Positions 1 through 10,724 are shown, numbered from the stretch's first letter. The stretch is 64,000 nt of DNA from a bacterium (GCA_963693055.1 OY843751.1:4928001-4992000), one strand, 5' to 3'. Made by a program: numbers and translations. The notes: a model not told the origin generated them from the sequence alone.

Positions 1-319
1 GTTTTCCTTTGAATTTTTTGGGAATTACTCTATTACAAATCACCACAGATTGCATAAAATATTGTTCTGCATTGCCATAATTATTATCATCGAGTTCTGA
101 ATACCCCAGGTTAGTATAAAAATGAAAAAAATCAGGATAATCTTTCTCAATATGACTAACCAATTCCATAACACCTTCCATATCCCCGGCTTCACCCCTT
201 CCCTCAGCCTCGATAAGCCTGTCATACAATTCATACCATTTCGGACTGAACACAAACGAACCATACCTGATACCGTCAATGGTTTCTGATTTAAATCTTA
301 TCAATGGTGTTTTACTCAT
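1..319 (-). CDS. TPR-like helical repeat protein, partial (runs off left edge); not in ORF track
   Basis: Manual translation from ATG at 319 (upstream AGAAAGGA): MSKTPLIRFKSETIDGIRYGSFVFSPKWYELYDRLIEAEGRGEAGDMEGVMELVSHIEKDYPDFFHFYTNLGYSELDDNNYGNAEQYFMQSVVICNRVIPKKFKGK, open to the edge; YPDF..Y.NLG.....NY..AEQYF is a TPR pattern. Confidence 0.65.
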   Translation of the reverse strand, partial: MSKTPLIRFKSETIDGIRYGSFVFSPKWYELYDRLIEAEGRGEAGDMEGVMELVSHIEKDYPDFFHFYTNLGYSELDDNNYGNAEQYFMQSVVICNRVIPKKFKGK

Positions 320-419
320 TTCTATCAATCCTTTCTGTATGTAAATACAATTATATTATTACAGTCTGTAACATTATAAAAACATTTTTTTCACTGAAAC
401 TGACCGCTGAAAACCTTTT

Positions 420-1301
420 TTATTTCCTCACCACCACCTTTTTCATCCCTTCCTGCCACCAGTCATCCAATGCCGGGTTACGCAGGCTTCGTATCGCGTT
501 CCCACCCGATGCTTTGCTCATATCCAACACAGCGGTTATAGTCTCTTCCGTAAACATATCTGCTTCCACAATGATATTACCATCCGGTTTGATGATACGA
601 CTCTGCCCGTGCGACATCATGGCAGGACTGTTTGCCTGTATAATATAGACATTGTTCTCTACCGCTCGGGCACAGATCTGATAACGATACGGCTCTAGCT
701 TTTTCTCTGCTTTGACATTAGATTCACTCGATATGTAAAAAACCAGCCTTGCACCCGCCAATACCGGCAATCGAACCAGCTCGGGATAACGTTCGTCGTG
801 ACATATAATAATGGAACAGGGTATATTGTCAATGTAAAATACAGACATGACCTCACCGGCAACGGCCCAGTCGTCTCCACCTACCAATTGTATCTTGGCA
901 TAACGTTCTATTATTTTGCCATCAGGATTAAAAACCACCGCGGTATTATAGCGCACACCATTGGAATCAAATGGAGTACCCACAACTGCATAAATATTAT
1001 GTTCATCACATGCTTTTGCAATGTCATCCTCAGCACTTAAAAGCTGTTCGGCTGTCGCGCTGTTGATCACCGCTTTGTCGTATCCTGTAATCACACATTC
1101 CTCAAAAACCACAACACGGACACCCTGTTCAGCACAGGCTGCAATTTTTTCTATAATAGCTTTTGTGTTATCAACTACCGATCCCCGTGTTTGTATCTGC
1201 ACTGCGGCCACATGTAAAAACGGCCCTTCTGTTTCAGCAAAGGCCAATGATAATAGAAAAAAAACCATACAGGCTGAAATAAAAAATCTGTTATTCATCA
1301 T
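420..1301 (-). CDS. Carbon-nitrogen hydrolase (nitrilase superfamily) with signal peptide
   Basis: VAAVQ start, catalytic E (VVFEEC), K (YAKIQL), C (IICHDERYPE), ARAVEN, HGQSRIIKPDG; hydrophobic N-terminus ending AFA. Confidence 0.9.
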   Translation of the reverse strand: MMNNRFFISACMVFFLLSLAFAETEGPFLHVAAVQIQTRGSVVDNTKAIIEKIAACAEQGVRVVVFEECVITGYDKAVINSATAEQLLSAEDDIAKACDEHNIYAVVGTPFDSNGVRYNTAVVFNPDGKIIERYAKIQLVGGDDWAVAGEVMSVFYIDNIPCSIIICHDERYPELVRLPVLAGARLVFYISSESNVKAEKKLEPYRYQICARAVENNVYIIQANSPAMMSHGQSRIIKPDGNIIVEADMFTEETITAVLDMSKASGGNAIRSLRNPALDDWWQEGMKKVVVRK

Positions 1302-1421
1302 CCGGATCCTTTCTAAAAGAATTAAACAATGATAACAGATTCTTTATTAAATAGCAAGAGGATTTATAATGCATGTTTCCATTTCTCATGGCTCGGCATG
1401 CATCACAAGCCCCCATTCTAT

Positions 1422-1450
1422 CTGACTACTGATAACTGATTACTGACTAC
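1422..1450. repeat. Heptamer tandem repeat (CTGAYWA x4)
   Basis: ctgacta-ctgataa-ctgatta-ctgacta directly after the TolC stop codon. Confidence 0.75.
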
Positions 1451-2953
1451 TTAATTATAATCAATCCCACGTCTTTCCAGCAAAGTACCTTCCATCTGGT
1501 AGAGGTTGACCAGTGCGTTCAAATAGTCCACCATGGCACTGGCTTCATCTAGCTGACTGGAGGTATATTCACGCTGTGCCTGTAAAACCAAATAATTTGT
1601 TGACTTGCCCACGCGGAATTTCTCAAGTTCTGCATCCACTTTAAGAGATTGCAGTTCCCGCGTGCTGGTTGTGGCCCCTATCTGTTGGCGTGCACGTTCC
1701 ACTTCAACAAACGCTCCGCGAACATCCCACTCGACGAGTTGTTTCATATTATCGAGAGAAATTTCCATCTGTTCATGCGTCCATTTTGCCCGGGCCAGGC
1801 GTGCGCGTGCCTGACGATTGGGGACCGGAAACTCGAAATTCACGCCCATATTGACATCGTAATAAGGACTGCGAAGTTTGGGCATACTCTGGTCAAAAGA
1901 TTCAGCATAAGTAGAACGGCCTAAGGATATGAAAAAATCCAGTCGTGGCAGCAATCCGTTTTTGGTGCGGGTAATATCCAGTTCGCCTTGCTGTATTTCA
2001 TATTTGGCCTGACGAAGATCAGACCTGAATTCCAATCCCGCTTCTACATGCAATTCAACGGCATCCAAAGTATCTACCGGAATAAAAGGACGGTCAGTGG
2101 GTTGAGGTACAATACCCCAGGTATTCCGAACTGAAGGATTCAGTAAATAAAGAAACCGCAGCCTCGCCTGCTCATAATTACTCTGCGCGTCAATCAATGC
2201 CGATTTACGGGTAGAAACTTCTGCATGCACTGCAGCCAGTTCCAATTCAGGTAAACGCCCCACAGTTACCCTCTCAATGGATTCCTGCAATTGTTTCTCA
2301 GCCAGTTCAAGAGACTGGTGCTGAATATCGATTGCCCGCTTGGCAAGATACAAGCTCCAATACGCATTTTCAACATTGCCAACAGTTTCTTCTGCAACGG
2401 CTTTAAATTCCGCATCCGATATATCCACATCCAAACGGGCATGACGCAAGTCTGCCATGTTCACCCCCAAACCGAATCCGCGTAAAATCGCCTGTGTTAC
2501 GGTTATATTCATATTACCGGTATATTGATCGGTATATATATTGGATATTGAACTGTTTAATGTATAGTTGGCAGAAACATTTGTTCCGGTTGGTAAATTT
2601 TGGGACAAACTCGCTTCATAAACAGCACGTTCTGACAACAACTCGTAAGCTGTTCGCTGTGCACCCAAAAAACGCTGGGTTTTGCTTTCAGTCCGGGTTC
2701 CTCCGGCAGACAATACAGGATCGTATGTGGATTTTTCCTGCATAACAAATGTCTCGGCAATTAGCGGATCTAAACGCTGAATGCGAATAGAGGGATTGTT
2801 ATCTAACGCTATGGTTATTGCTTTTCTCAAATCGAGAAACAAGGTATCATCCTGAGCGGCAATCGTTTCTTTTGTTTCCTGTGACCAGGCTGTCCCGGTA
2901 AGCAAGACCAATAAAATTATATGAAAATATATATTGTTCATCTTTTTCATCAC
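1451..2953 (-). CDS. TolC family outer-membrane efflux protein
   Basis: Signal peptide, ALDNNP, AYWSL, LLPRLD, duplicated helical repeats; last gene of RND operon. Confidence 0.92.
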   Translation of the reverse strand: MMKKMNNIYFHIILLVLLTGTAWSQETKETIAAQDDTLFLDLRKAITIALDNNPSIRIQRLDPLIAETFVMQEKSTYDPVLSAGGTRTESKTQRFLGAQRTAYELLSERAVYEASLSQNLPTGTNVSANYTLNSSISNIYTDQYTGNMNITVTQAILRGFGLGVNMADLRHARLDVDISDAEFKAVAEETVGNVENAYWSLYLAKRAIDIQHQSLELAEKQLQESIERVTVGRLPELELAAVHAEVSTRKSALIDAQSNYEQARLRFLYLLNPSVRNTWGIVPQPTDRPFIPVDTLDAVELHVEAGLEFRSDLRQAKYEIQQGELDITRTKNGLLPRLDFFISLGRSTYAESFDQSMPKLRSPYYDVNMGVNFEFPVPNRQARARLARAKWTHEQMEISLDNMKQLVEWDVRGAFVEVERARQQIGATTSTRELQSLKVDAELEKFRVGKSTNYLVLQAQREYTSSQLDEASAMVDYLNALVNLYQMEGTLLERRGIDYN

Positions 2954-5900
2954 GAATGTCTGGTCCTTTCTTTTTCGAATATTGAATATACCACAGGGAT
3001 CAGCACCAATGTGATGAGTGTTGAGCTCAACAAACCGCCAATCACCACGCGAGCAAGTGGTGCCTGGGCTTCACCACCTTCACCCAAACCAAAGGAAAGA
3101 GGCAGTAAACCTAAAGCTGTTGTCAGAGTTGTCATGATAATAGGACGTAAACGCCGTGCACCGGCTGTTTTAATTGCTTCAAGCAAGGGAACATTATGCT
3201 TGTCACGCAACTGGTTGGTATAATCAACCAGCAAAATTGCATTATTTACCACAATTCCGGCAAGCATAATACACCCTATAAATGCCTGCATGGTAAACAT
3301 GGTACCGGTCAAAATCATGGTCAAGACCACACCAATCAAAGCCATGGGGATGGAAAACAATACAATAAACGGATCTCGAAAAGACTCAAATTGCCCCGCC
3401 ATTACCAGGTATACCAGAAAAATTGCCAGGATCAATCCAAACATGAGCTCACGATACGAGCGTTGCTGCTCTTCATAATCACTTCCAAATACTACAGCAA
3501 AATCACGGGGAACCGGAATTTTCTGCAACTCTTTACGGATATCCGCAACTACAGATCCCATATCACGCTCTGCTATATTGGCATCGATGGAAATTATTCG
3601 TTCCTGGTCTTTTCGCTCAATACGTGCCGGACCTTCTTTGGCTTCGGTACTGATAACATTTCGCAAAATCACCGGTTCACCCCGGTTATTATTCACGGTT
3701 ATATCCATCAGTCCTTCCATATCCTGACGACCTTCACGGTTCAACCGGACCAGTATGCGGTATTCTTTGCCGCCTTCACGATAATAAGACGCATAGGTAC
3801 CACCAATTACAGTTTCAAGAGCTTCTCCAATTCGGGATACGGTTAAACCCAAATCTGCCGCTTTTTGACGATCAATAATCACCAGTTCTTCAGGACTTCC
3901 TTCTTCTCGACTGATACGGGTATCGGTAATACCGTTAACCCGCTGGACGGCCTCATTTACCTGCTGGGCCAGAGCCTGTGCGGTTTCCAGATTGTAACCC
4001 CGGACTTCAACGGTTATACTTTCTGCATCACCCGTTCCCATACGTAATAAAAACAATCCCTGGCCTACACGGGTACGGATGGTTACACCGGGTATACTGG
4101 TTAATTTTTTTCGCAGGTCAATTGCAATATCATCACTGCTGCGTGAACGCTCGGCTTTGGGTACCAGGGTTACGCGGACTTCACCGGTATGCCCACCGGA
4201 TGACCGCCTTCCGCCGCCGCCAACCATAGTCAATACTGATATTTTTTCTGGCACTTCACTGTTTATTATTTCTTCAACCTGTCTTGTAATTTCATCCAAA
4301 ATTTCATATCGGGTGCCCACCTCCATTTCCAGATTCACACGCACCTCGCCTTCATCAGCAGCAGGCATCAATTCCACACCAATGAACCGGATCATAAAAA
4401 CAGACAGGATGAACAATATAGCCATAGAGCCAACCACCCATTTTTTGTGATTGAGGGCTTTTTGTAAAAAGTCCGAATAAAACCCTTCAAAATCCTGAAA
4501 CCATTTTTCGCTTCTATCATAAATCCTTTGTAACAACTTGTGTTCCTTGTCACCAGGTTTACGGAAACGCAAGAATCGGGATGACAACATGGGAATAAGG
4601 GTCAATGCCACAATCAGAGAACATAACAATGAAAAACTAACCACATATGCCATCTGCTGGAACATGATACCAGACATACCTCGAATAAAAATTACCGGGA
4701 AAAACACAACCAACGTTGTCAATGTACTGGCAAGAATTGCTGACCACACTTCTGACGTACCTGTCAAAGCGCTGTTGATAGGATCAAGCCCCTCCTCCCG
4801 GTGTCGGTATATATTTTCCAGCACCACAATGGAATTGTCTACAAGCATACCTATACCCAGCGCAAGCCCGCCAAAGGTGATAATGTTTAGCGTAAAGTCC
4901 CCGAAATACATGAGCGCAAAGGTTGCCACCACAGAGATAGGTATTGCTGTTGCAATAATGGCCGTACTGGAAACATTGCGCAGAAACACAAACAGGATCA
5001 AAATTGCCAGAAAACCACCCACAAGTGTGGAATTACCCACATTATTGATGGAGCGTTTAATATATACCGAAGTATCAATAAGGGGAACCAGTTCAATCTG
5101 AGGTATATCTCTATTGATACGTTCCATTTCTTTTTTCAATTCTTCAGCAGCTTTAACCGTATTGGCGCCGGATTGTTTGTTCACGGATATCCGCAAACCC
5201 GCTTTACCATTCACGCGATATAAACGCCGTATCTCTTCCCAGGAATCGTTAATTTTCGCAACATCACGAATACGAATAGGGGTGCCTTCACGAATAGTAA
5301 TTACAGTATTGCGGATCTGATCCAGGCTGGTAAACTCGCCCTGGGTACGGACCAATACATACATTTTGCCTTTTTCAAGCAAACCTGCCGGTATATTGCG
5401 GTTTTCATTGCGAAGTGCGGTTAGAATATCATTGGGCGATAATCCCAACGATTTCAGCTTTTCCGCCTGCAAATCCACATGGATCTCTCGCATCATTCCA
5501 CCATAGATATTTAATGCCGCCACACCTGGAACCCGCTCAATGCGATATTTCACCTGGTCTTCCACAATTTGACGCAAATCCAGGGGATTCATATTACTCG
5601 ATACACCAAAGATCATGATGGGAAAAGCAGACAAATCGAACTTGCGTATCTGTGGCCGTTCAATATCCTCTGGCAAACGCCTCATAGCCCGGTCCACACG
5701 GTCGCGGATATCATTTGCGGCAACGTCTAAATCGCTGCCCCAGGCAAAAGATACACGAACACGGCTGTTACCTTCTGTAGAGGTAGAGGTTATTTCTTCT
5801 ACACCCTGAACAGCGGCAATAGCCTCTTCTATAGGTCGGGTTACCAGTTCTTCCATTTCCTGGGGACCAATATTACCATAAGAGGTAGATACCGAAATGG

Positions 5901-6030
5901 TGGGATATGTAATTTCCGGCATCAAATCGATGGAAAGACGTGTGAATGATACCATACCAATGGTTATTACAATAATAAATATAATTGAAGTCAAAATGGG
6001 TCGTTGGACCGGCCCTTGAGCAATATGCAT
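2950..6030 (-). CDS. RND efflux permease (AcrB/AcrD/AcrF family)
   Basis: 1026 aa; IGMLVDNSIVVLENI, GIVVNNAILLVD, RLRPIIMTTLTT, PLARVVIGGL. Confidence 0.95.
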   Translation of the reverse strand: MHIAQGPVQRPILTSIIFIIVITIGMVSFTRLSIDLMPEITYPTISVSTSYGNIGPQEMEELVTRPIEEAIAAVQGVEEITSTSTEGNSRVRVSFAWGSDLDVAANDIRDRVDRAMRRLPEDIERPQIRKFDLSAFPIMIFGVSSNMNPLDLRQIVEDQVKYRIERVPGVAALNIYGGMMREIHVDLQAEKLKSLGLSPNDILTALRNENRNIPAGLLEKGKMYVLVRTQGEFTSLDQIRNTVITIREGTPIRIRDVAKINDSWEEIRRLYRVNGKAGLRISVNKQSGANTVKAAEELKKEMERINRDIPQIELVPLIDTSVYIKRSINNVGNSTLVGGFLAILILFVFLRNVSSTAIIATAIPISVVATFALMYFGDFTLNIITFGGLALGIGMLVDNSIVVLENIYRHREEGLDPINSALTGTSEVWSAILASTLTTLVVFFPVIFIRGMSGIMFQQMAYVVSFSLLCSLIVALTLIPMLSSRFLRFRKPGDKEHKLLQRIYDRSEKWFQDFEGFYSDFLQKALNHKKWVVGSMAILFILSVFMIRFIGVELMPAADEGEVRVNLEMEVGTRYEILDEITRQVEEIINSEVPEKISVLTMVGGGGRRSSGGHTGEVRVTLVPKAERSRSSDDIAIDLRKKLTSIPGVTIRTRVGQGLFLLRMGTGDAESITVEVRGYNLETAQALAQQVNEAVQRVNGITDTRISREEGSPEELVIIDRQKAADLGLTVSRIGEALETVIGGTYASYYREGGKEYRILVRLNREGRQDMEGLMDITVNNNRGEPVILRNVISTEAKEGPARIERKDQERIISIDANIAERDMGSVVADIRKELQKIPVPRDFAVVFGSDYEEQQRSYRELMFGLILAIFLVYLVMAGQFESFRDPFIVLFSIPMALIGVVLTMILTGTMFTMQAFIGCIMLAGIVVNNAILLVDYTNQLRDKHNVPLLEAIKTAGARRLRPIIMTTLTTALGLLPLSFGLGEGGEAQAPLARVVIGGLLSSTLITLVLIPVVYSIFEKERTRHS

Positions 6031-6067
6031 AATCAGAATCCTTTAAATAATGAATTCCTAATGTGGA

Positions 6068-7231
6068 TTATTGTTGTGAATCAATAACATTTACGGGACT
6101 TCCATCTTCCAAAAGGTGTTGTCCCAATACCACAACCAGCCCCTGCAGCGGAGGATCCACAATTTCTATAATATCTGTCTGAGAAATACCGGTAACAACG
6201 GGTACAAACTTTGCTTTACTGGCCTCAACATCCACCAGGTACACACCAGTTTCTCCGTTATGATTCACCACAGCATCTCTTGGCACCGTACAAACATTTG
6301 CTTTTTCAGCAAGCACAACCCGCACATGGGTAAACATGCCCGGCTTTAAAATGAGTGAATCATTGTCTACTTCTACCTCAAGTTGTGCCACTCGGGATGT
6401 TTCCTGCAGCATGGGTGCAATACGTGTTACAACGCCGGGGAAATACCTGCCAGGATACGCATCTACCTCAACCTGTGCTTCCTGCCCCTCTTTCATTAAT
6501 GCATAATCACGCTCTACAACCGTGGTCTGTACTATGACTTTTTCATAACCAATAACGGATACAATGGGCGAGTTGGTTGCAATCAGTCCACCTTCATCAA
6601 CAAATCGTTCTCCAATATAACCGGGTTCTGTAGCTTTAAGAATGGTATAACTCAACCGGATCTGGGCCGATTTTAGCGAAGCTTCACGCTGCTCAACCTG
6701 TGCGTTGGCAAGCTCAAGGCGAGAACTTTGGGCTTCAAAGGTACTTGTTGTGGCATCCAGCTCTGATGGGGATGCAATCCCCTTTTGTTGTAGAGACTTG
6801 ACACGGTCAAGCTCTTGCCGTGCCAGTTCATACTGACTTTTTGCTTCTAAAAGCGATGCCTTGGCAATTCTCAAATTGGCTTCAGCTTCAATAACTGCCT
6901 GTTCATATTCTGCATCATCCAAACGGGCAATAATCTCATCGCGGTCAACCCAATCTCCAATCCTTTTGTGAATACGTAAAATTCTACCCGAGACCTTGGG
7001 TGAAACCATATAGCGATAAAGTGGGTGGATGCTTCCCGTGAACTGACGGGTTTGTTTAATACCGGTATAGTAAACACTGTCTACCTGTACCGCAACAGGC
7101 GGTTTGGCCTCCCGCTCTTCTCCTTTTTCACCAGTAAACAGTGAAATAATTCTCCAGCTCAGAAATACAATAAAAACAACTAGCAGCGCATAAAGGGTCA
7201 TTTTTTTCATGTCTTTTGGCACCTTTTTCAT
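6068..7231 (-). CDS. RND periplasmic adaptor (membrane fusion protein)
   Basis: N-terminal TM, PKVSGRI lipoyl half, coiled coil, LKPGMF; upstream of RND permease; start may be the internal Met (MKKMTL). Confidence 0.93.
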   Translation of the reverse strand: MKKVPKDMKKMTLYALLVVFIVFLSWRIISLFTGEKGEEREAKPPVAVQVDSVYYTGIKQTRQFTGSIHPLYRYMVSPKVSGRILRIHKRIGDWVDRDEIIARLDDAEYEQAVIEAEANLRIAKASLLEAKSQYELARQELDRVKSLQQKGIASPSELDATTSTFEAQSSRLELANAQVEQREASLKSAQIRLSYTILKATEPGYIGERFVDEGGLIATNSPIVSVIGYEKVIVQTTVVERDYALMKEGQEAQVEVDAYPGRYFPGVVTRIAPMLQETSRVAQLEVEVDNDSLILKPGMFTHVRVVLAEKANVCTVPRDAVVNHNGETGVYLVDVEASKAKFVPVVTGISQTDIIEIVDPPLQGLVVVLGQHLLEDGSPVNVIDSQQ

Positions 7232-7326
7232 AATTTTAGGGATATAAAAACAATTTTTTGCAAAAAAACCAAGTGAGAGAAAATATCGGTAGCAGAGAAA
7301 AGTATTTAATTATAAATATACAGCAC

Positions 7327-7347
7327 AACTTGAACACTATTCAAGTT
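7327..7347. promoter_or_regulatory. 8-5-8 inverted repeat, candidate repressor operator for the RND operon
   Basis: AACTTGAA-cacta-TTCAAGTT about 100 bp upstream of the adaptor start. Confidence 0.4.
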
Positions 7348-7419
7348 CGCAATACATAATATAACGTAAACATGCATTTTTTGTTCTGGGAAACGTAAAT
7401 CAAACTTGTAAAATAGTGT

Positions 7420-7455
7420 AAAATGTAGATGATCACAATAGATCATCTACATTTT
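7420..7455 (-). terminator. Hairpin terminator after acylase/membrane-protein operon
   Basis: Perfect 15-bp arms AAAATGTAGATGATC / GATCATCTACATTTT with 6-nt loop, 30 bp past stop at 7485. Confidence 0.6.
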
Positions 7456-7484
7456 GCAATATAATGATAAATAATTTATAATAT

Positions 7485-7835
7485 CTAGTATTTTTTCAAC
7501 AGGGATGCAATCCACCAACCCAGGCCACCCAGTATGCCACCAACAATTCCGGTAAGGAGAAAGATAAGAATTGCAAATTGAGAAGGTAAAAACGTGATTT
7601 GTACCAGTTTACCGGCAAACAGCCAACCTGGCGCACCTATTGCAGGAACAAGCGCAAGCAGAAACCACGCTAATCCGGCTCCCGCAAATCCTGCCCGAAA
7701 TAACTTTTTTTGAACAGAAAACACAAATCCGACTACTATTCCGGCAACCAATGCAGAGGGCCAACCGATCAATAAATCCAGTATAATGGTTAACACAAAG
7801 AGAATAAGCATACCCATCCATGATTTATTTCGCAT
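7485..7835 (-). CDS. Small integral membrane protein coupled to the acylase
   Basis: About 4 hydrophobic Gly-rich segments; start overlaps acylase stop. Confidence 0.8.
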   Translation of the reverse strand: MRNKSWMGMLILFVLTIILDLLIGWPSALVAGIVVGFVFSVQKKLFRAGFAGAGLAWFLLALVPAIGAPGWLFAGKLVQITFLPSQFAILIFLLTGIVGGILGGLGWWIASLLKKY

Positions 7836-10398
7836 TTTTCCGCCCTCCCGGATTCAATGTAAGAACCGATTCAATATTTTTTTCTTCCAACGCTTCGGCT
7901 GTTTTGGGATACAGAAGTTCAAAATACTTTTGATTGTACCACGGTGCAATATTGTCATCATAATGCTTACTGGCAGGGTTGCCGCTTTGCCCGCCGGGGT
8001 AAACACCAACTTTTCTGCCCTCATCGCCTGGCTCTACAACCATCCGCCAGAGCGGACCCACATTCCGGGATGCATAAGAGATGGTATACCTGCTGCCTTT
8101 TAGGGGCAAACGGGGGTACCCCAGTCCCGGCAGATCGGTTAGATGATCAATGTAAAAAGCACTTTTCTCATTTCCTCTTCTCATATTTTTTAATTCGACA
8201 CCATATCGTTTTACACTATAGTCATAAACCGATTTTAGTTTAGAAATAATATAATCATCCCGGGTTTCCAGTTCATCAGTTTGGGGTAGATCAAACCATT
8301 CCGGGCCTGCTTCATTGAGAAATATGCATTCCCGGATTTCATTCCGTAAATGGATGAATGACCGGTTGTATTTGCTACGGAATTTATTTTCTATGGGTAA
8401 TGAAAAATTTAATACATGATTAAATATAACCGCAGCACTGGATTCGGGTGTAAAGCGACCATCCCAGTTTTTAAACACATCATATATTTCACGCAAGATT
8501 GGATCATCCATGCCCTTGTTTTCAATCGCTGTTAGCATTATCGGCAAAAGATTTTGCACTCTTGCGTCCACAATATCACACTGTATGCGCTGCATATCCG
8601 CAAAAGAGATTTTTTCTTTGGATTGCAGCAATTGGGTGATGCGTCTGGCGCGAAAGCCTTCTTCCCAGCCGTCTCCCAGGTAATACGGATACCCTTCTCT
8701 GACCGGGTACTGGTTAGCTGAAACCAGAAATCCCTGTTCAGGATTTACACTGTGCGGCATTTGTTCAAACGGAATAAACTTGCTCCAATTCGTTTCTGCA
8801 CTGCTGCCGTCAAGCGGATAGCGGCCATCACTATTGTTTCTCACCGGCACTTTGGCTGAAGCATACATGCCAATGTTTCCATATACATCCGCATAAGCAA
8901 TGTAATGGGGAGAGACAAAGTAATCATCCAGCGCTTGTTCGAATTCGTGGTTCGTCTGCGCCCGATTGATATTTCGAAAGGCATTCATCTCGTTAGAGAC
9001 CTCGTGGCCCACCCATCTGAACGCAAACTTGCCCTTTTTCCAATCCATTACCGGACCGTGGACTGAATTTTCAAACACGCAAAGACTGTCTTTGCCATTT
9101 CGTACTTTTACCAATACTGTATCTTTTTCAATCGGCAGCCACGCCCCATCATAGAGATATTTCTCACCACTCTCATCCAACTGCAGCATATAGCAGTCCC
9201 GCACATCCGCATTGAATGTGGTCGATCCCCAGGCCATATAGCGGTTAAATCCGTAAATAATATAGGGCGTATTCAGCAAGGCAATGCCATATACATCATA
9301 CTCGGGACATACCAAATGCGCTTCGTACCACATGCTGGGCAGGGTGAGCCATACATGCGGATCATGCGCCAGTATCGCCTTGCCGGAAGCGGATTTATCG
9401 GGACTGATCACCCAGTTGTTGCTGCCAATCCCTCTTATATAGGGTGAAGATTGAGATTCCAACCCATCCGCATAAACCATCACATGCTGACGGCCCGTTT
9501 CCGCATTGTTATCAACAAACGACACGACTTTATCCGCATCTGTTACCAGATTGACAGGTCCCTCATCAGTATCCGAAACCTGCCCCAAACCGGGATGTGG
9601 GTTCGTTTTGCTGTAAACGGTCCGGTCCTGCGGTGGCATACCCTTCTTTTCCGGAATAACGGGCGGCGAGTATGCCGGATATTCAGGATAAAACCGATTG
9701 TACAGGCTGTCCCCCAAAATCTCCCGCATTTCTGTCTCAGTTTTCTGTTTCTCGTATGGATAATAACTTCCTGAACTGAGCTGCCAGGTCAGGGATTTGA
9801 TCTGGCAAAAGCAGTGTTCGACAGTCCAGGGCTCCGGGGCATAATTAAACAGCTTAAATTCGAGCGGCAATTCTGATGGATTTAATGATGCCATATAGGC
9901 ATTGATACCAGAGACATACGCTTCCAGTTCCGCGTATAAGGGACTCCCCTCAAGCGCGGCACAATTACGCTCAGCAGCGGCTACCAGTCCCAATTCATGT
10001 TTTCTGAAATTGTCACGTAAAGCGAATTTTCCGAATACCTCCGCAGACCTTCCCGATGCATCACGCTGACCTATATCCATCTGCCAGAGCCGATCCTGCG
10101 CCTGCACATAACCAAAAGCATAGCACAGGTCTTTTGCATTTTGTGCAAATATATGCGGCACCCCGCGCTTGTCACGAATGACCGTAACCTTGTCTCTCAA
10201 TCCCTCAAGTGTTATTGACTGTTCCTGTGGATGCTCAGCCTGTCGGGCATTCTTCCACACCCCTTTTGACGGGTCCAGCAGTTTTGCCAGCGGCGGCACA
10301 GGGTAAAAACCAAATCCCAACAACAGAACAATCAACACGGAAGCGACCAATGCGACTACTCTCTTCCAGACAACATACTGCTTTCGATCTTTTTGCAT
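7825..10398 (-). CDS. Penicillin acylase family Ntn-hydrolase
   Basis: RDKRGVPHIFA, GYVQAQDRLWQMD, autoproteolysis site G/SNNW, HDPH, PSMWYEAHL, PGGQSGNPASKHYDD; N-terminal TM anchor. Confidence 0.93.
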   Translation of the reverse strand: MQKDRKQYVVWKRVVALVASVLIVLLLGFGFYPVPPLAKLLDPSKGVWKNARQAEHPQEQSITLEGLRDKVTVIRDKRGVPHIFAQNAKDLCYAFGYVQAQDRLWQMDIGQRDASGRSAEVFGKFALRDNFRKHELGLVAAAERNCAALEGSPLYAELEAYVSGINAYMASLNPSELPLEFKLFNYAPEPWTVEHCFCQIKSLTWQLSSGSYYPYEKQKTETEMREILGDSLYNRFYPEYPAYSPPVIPEKKGMPPQDRTVYSKTNPHPGLGQVSDTDEGPVNLVTDADKVVSFVDNNAETGRQHVMVYADGLESQSSPYIRGIGSNNWVISPDKSASGKAILAHDPHVWLTLPSMWYEAHLVCPEYDVYGIALLNTPYIIYGFNRYMAWGSTTFNADVRDCYMLQLDESGEKYLYDGAWLPIEKDTVLVKVRNGKDSLCVFENSVHGPVMDWKKGKFAFRWVGHEVSNEMNAFRNINRAQTNHEFEQALDDYFVSPHYIAYADVYGNIGMYASAKVPVRNNSDGRYPLDGSSAETNWSKFIPFEQMPHSVNPEQGFLVSANQYPVREGYPYYLGDGWEEGFRARRITQLLQSKEKISFADMQRIQCDIVDARVQNLLPIMLTAIENKGMDDPILREIYDVFKNWDGRFTPESSAAVIFNHVLNFSLPIENKFRSKYNRSFIHLRNEIRECIFLNEAGPEWFDLPQTDELETRDDYIISKLKSVYDYSVKRYGVELKNMRRGNEKSAFYIDHLTDLPGLGYPRLPLKGSRYTISYASRNVGPLWRMVVEPGDEGRKVGVYPGGQSGNPASKHYDDNIAPWYNQKYFELLYPKTAEALEEKNIESVLTLNPGGRKNAK

Positions 10399-10590
10399 TC
10401 CAGTCTCCCCTCTGTTTGCAAATCATGTTTTCGGCACGAATTCTTTTCATTTTTACACGTTCATTAAAGATCTTATCCCCTTGGAGATACATTCAAAAAA
10501 AATTTTAATCTTTTTAAATCAACATATTTCTATCTTAAACCTCCCGGTGACTGTTGAAAAAGTTCATAATCTAGCAAAAATCACCAACTC

Positions 10591-10624
10591 TCCGACCCAT
10601 CCGTCAGCTGACGGATGGGTCGGA
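10591..10624. repeat. Perfect 34-bp palindrome (REP-like)
   Basis: TCCGACCCATCCGTCAG|CTGACGGATGGGTCGGA, GC-rich in an AT-rich intergenic region. Confidence 0.85.
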
Positions 10625-10724
10625 ACTACGACGCAAAGCTCTGATTCGCAAGCATTTGTAAATTAACAACCTGCCCATCATGAAATTTTCCCAATTTTAT
10701 AAAAATGAAATAAAATATTTTTTT

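Noticed and set aside
40-279. ORF-track 79-aa minus-strand ORF
   Set aside because: An alternative frame from ATG 319 has an RBS, a TPR pattern and stays open to the edge; this ORF is a shadow
3196-5809. Long antisense ORFs over the RND gene (also over OPT, pdp, sulfatases, TonB receptor)
   Set aside because: Shadow frames of well-supported genes, with no motifs or RBS
10549-10672. Intact IS or MITE with terminal inverted repeats
   Set aside because: Left end looks IS-like but the right end matches poorly; no target duplication or transposase. Kept only as part of the palindrome-cluster finding
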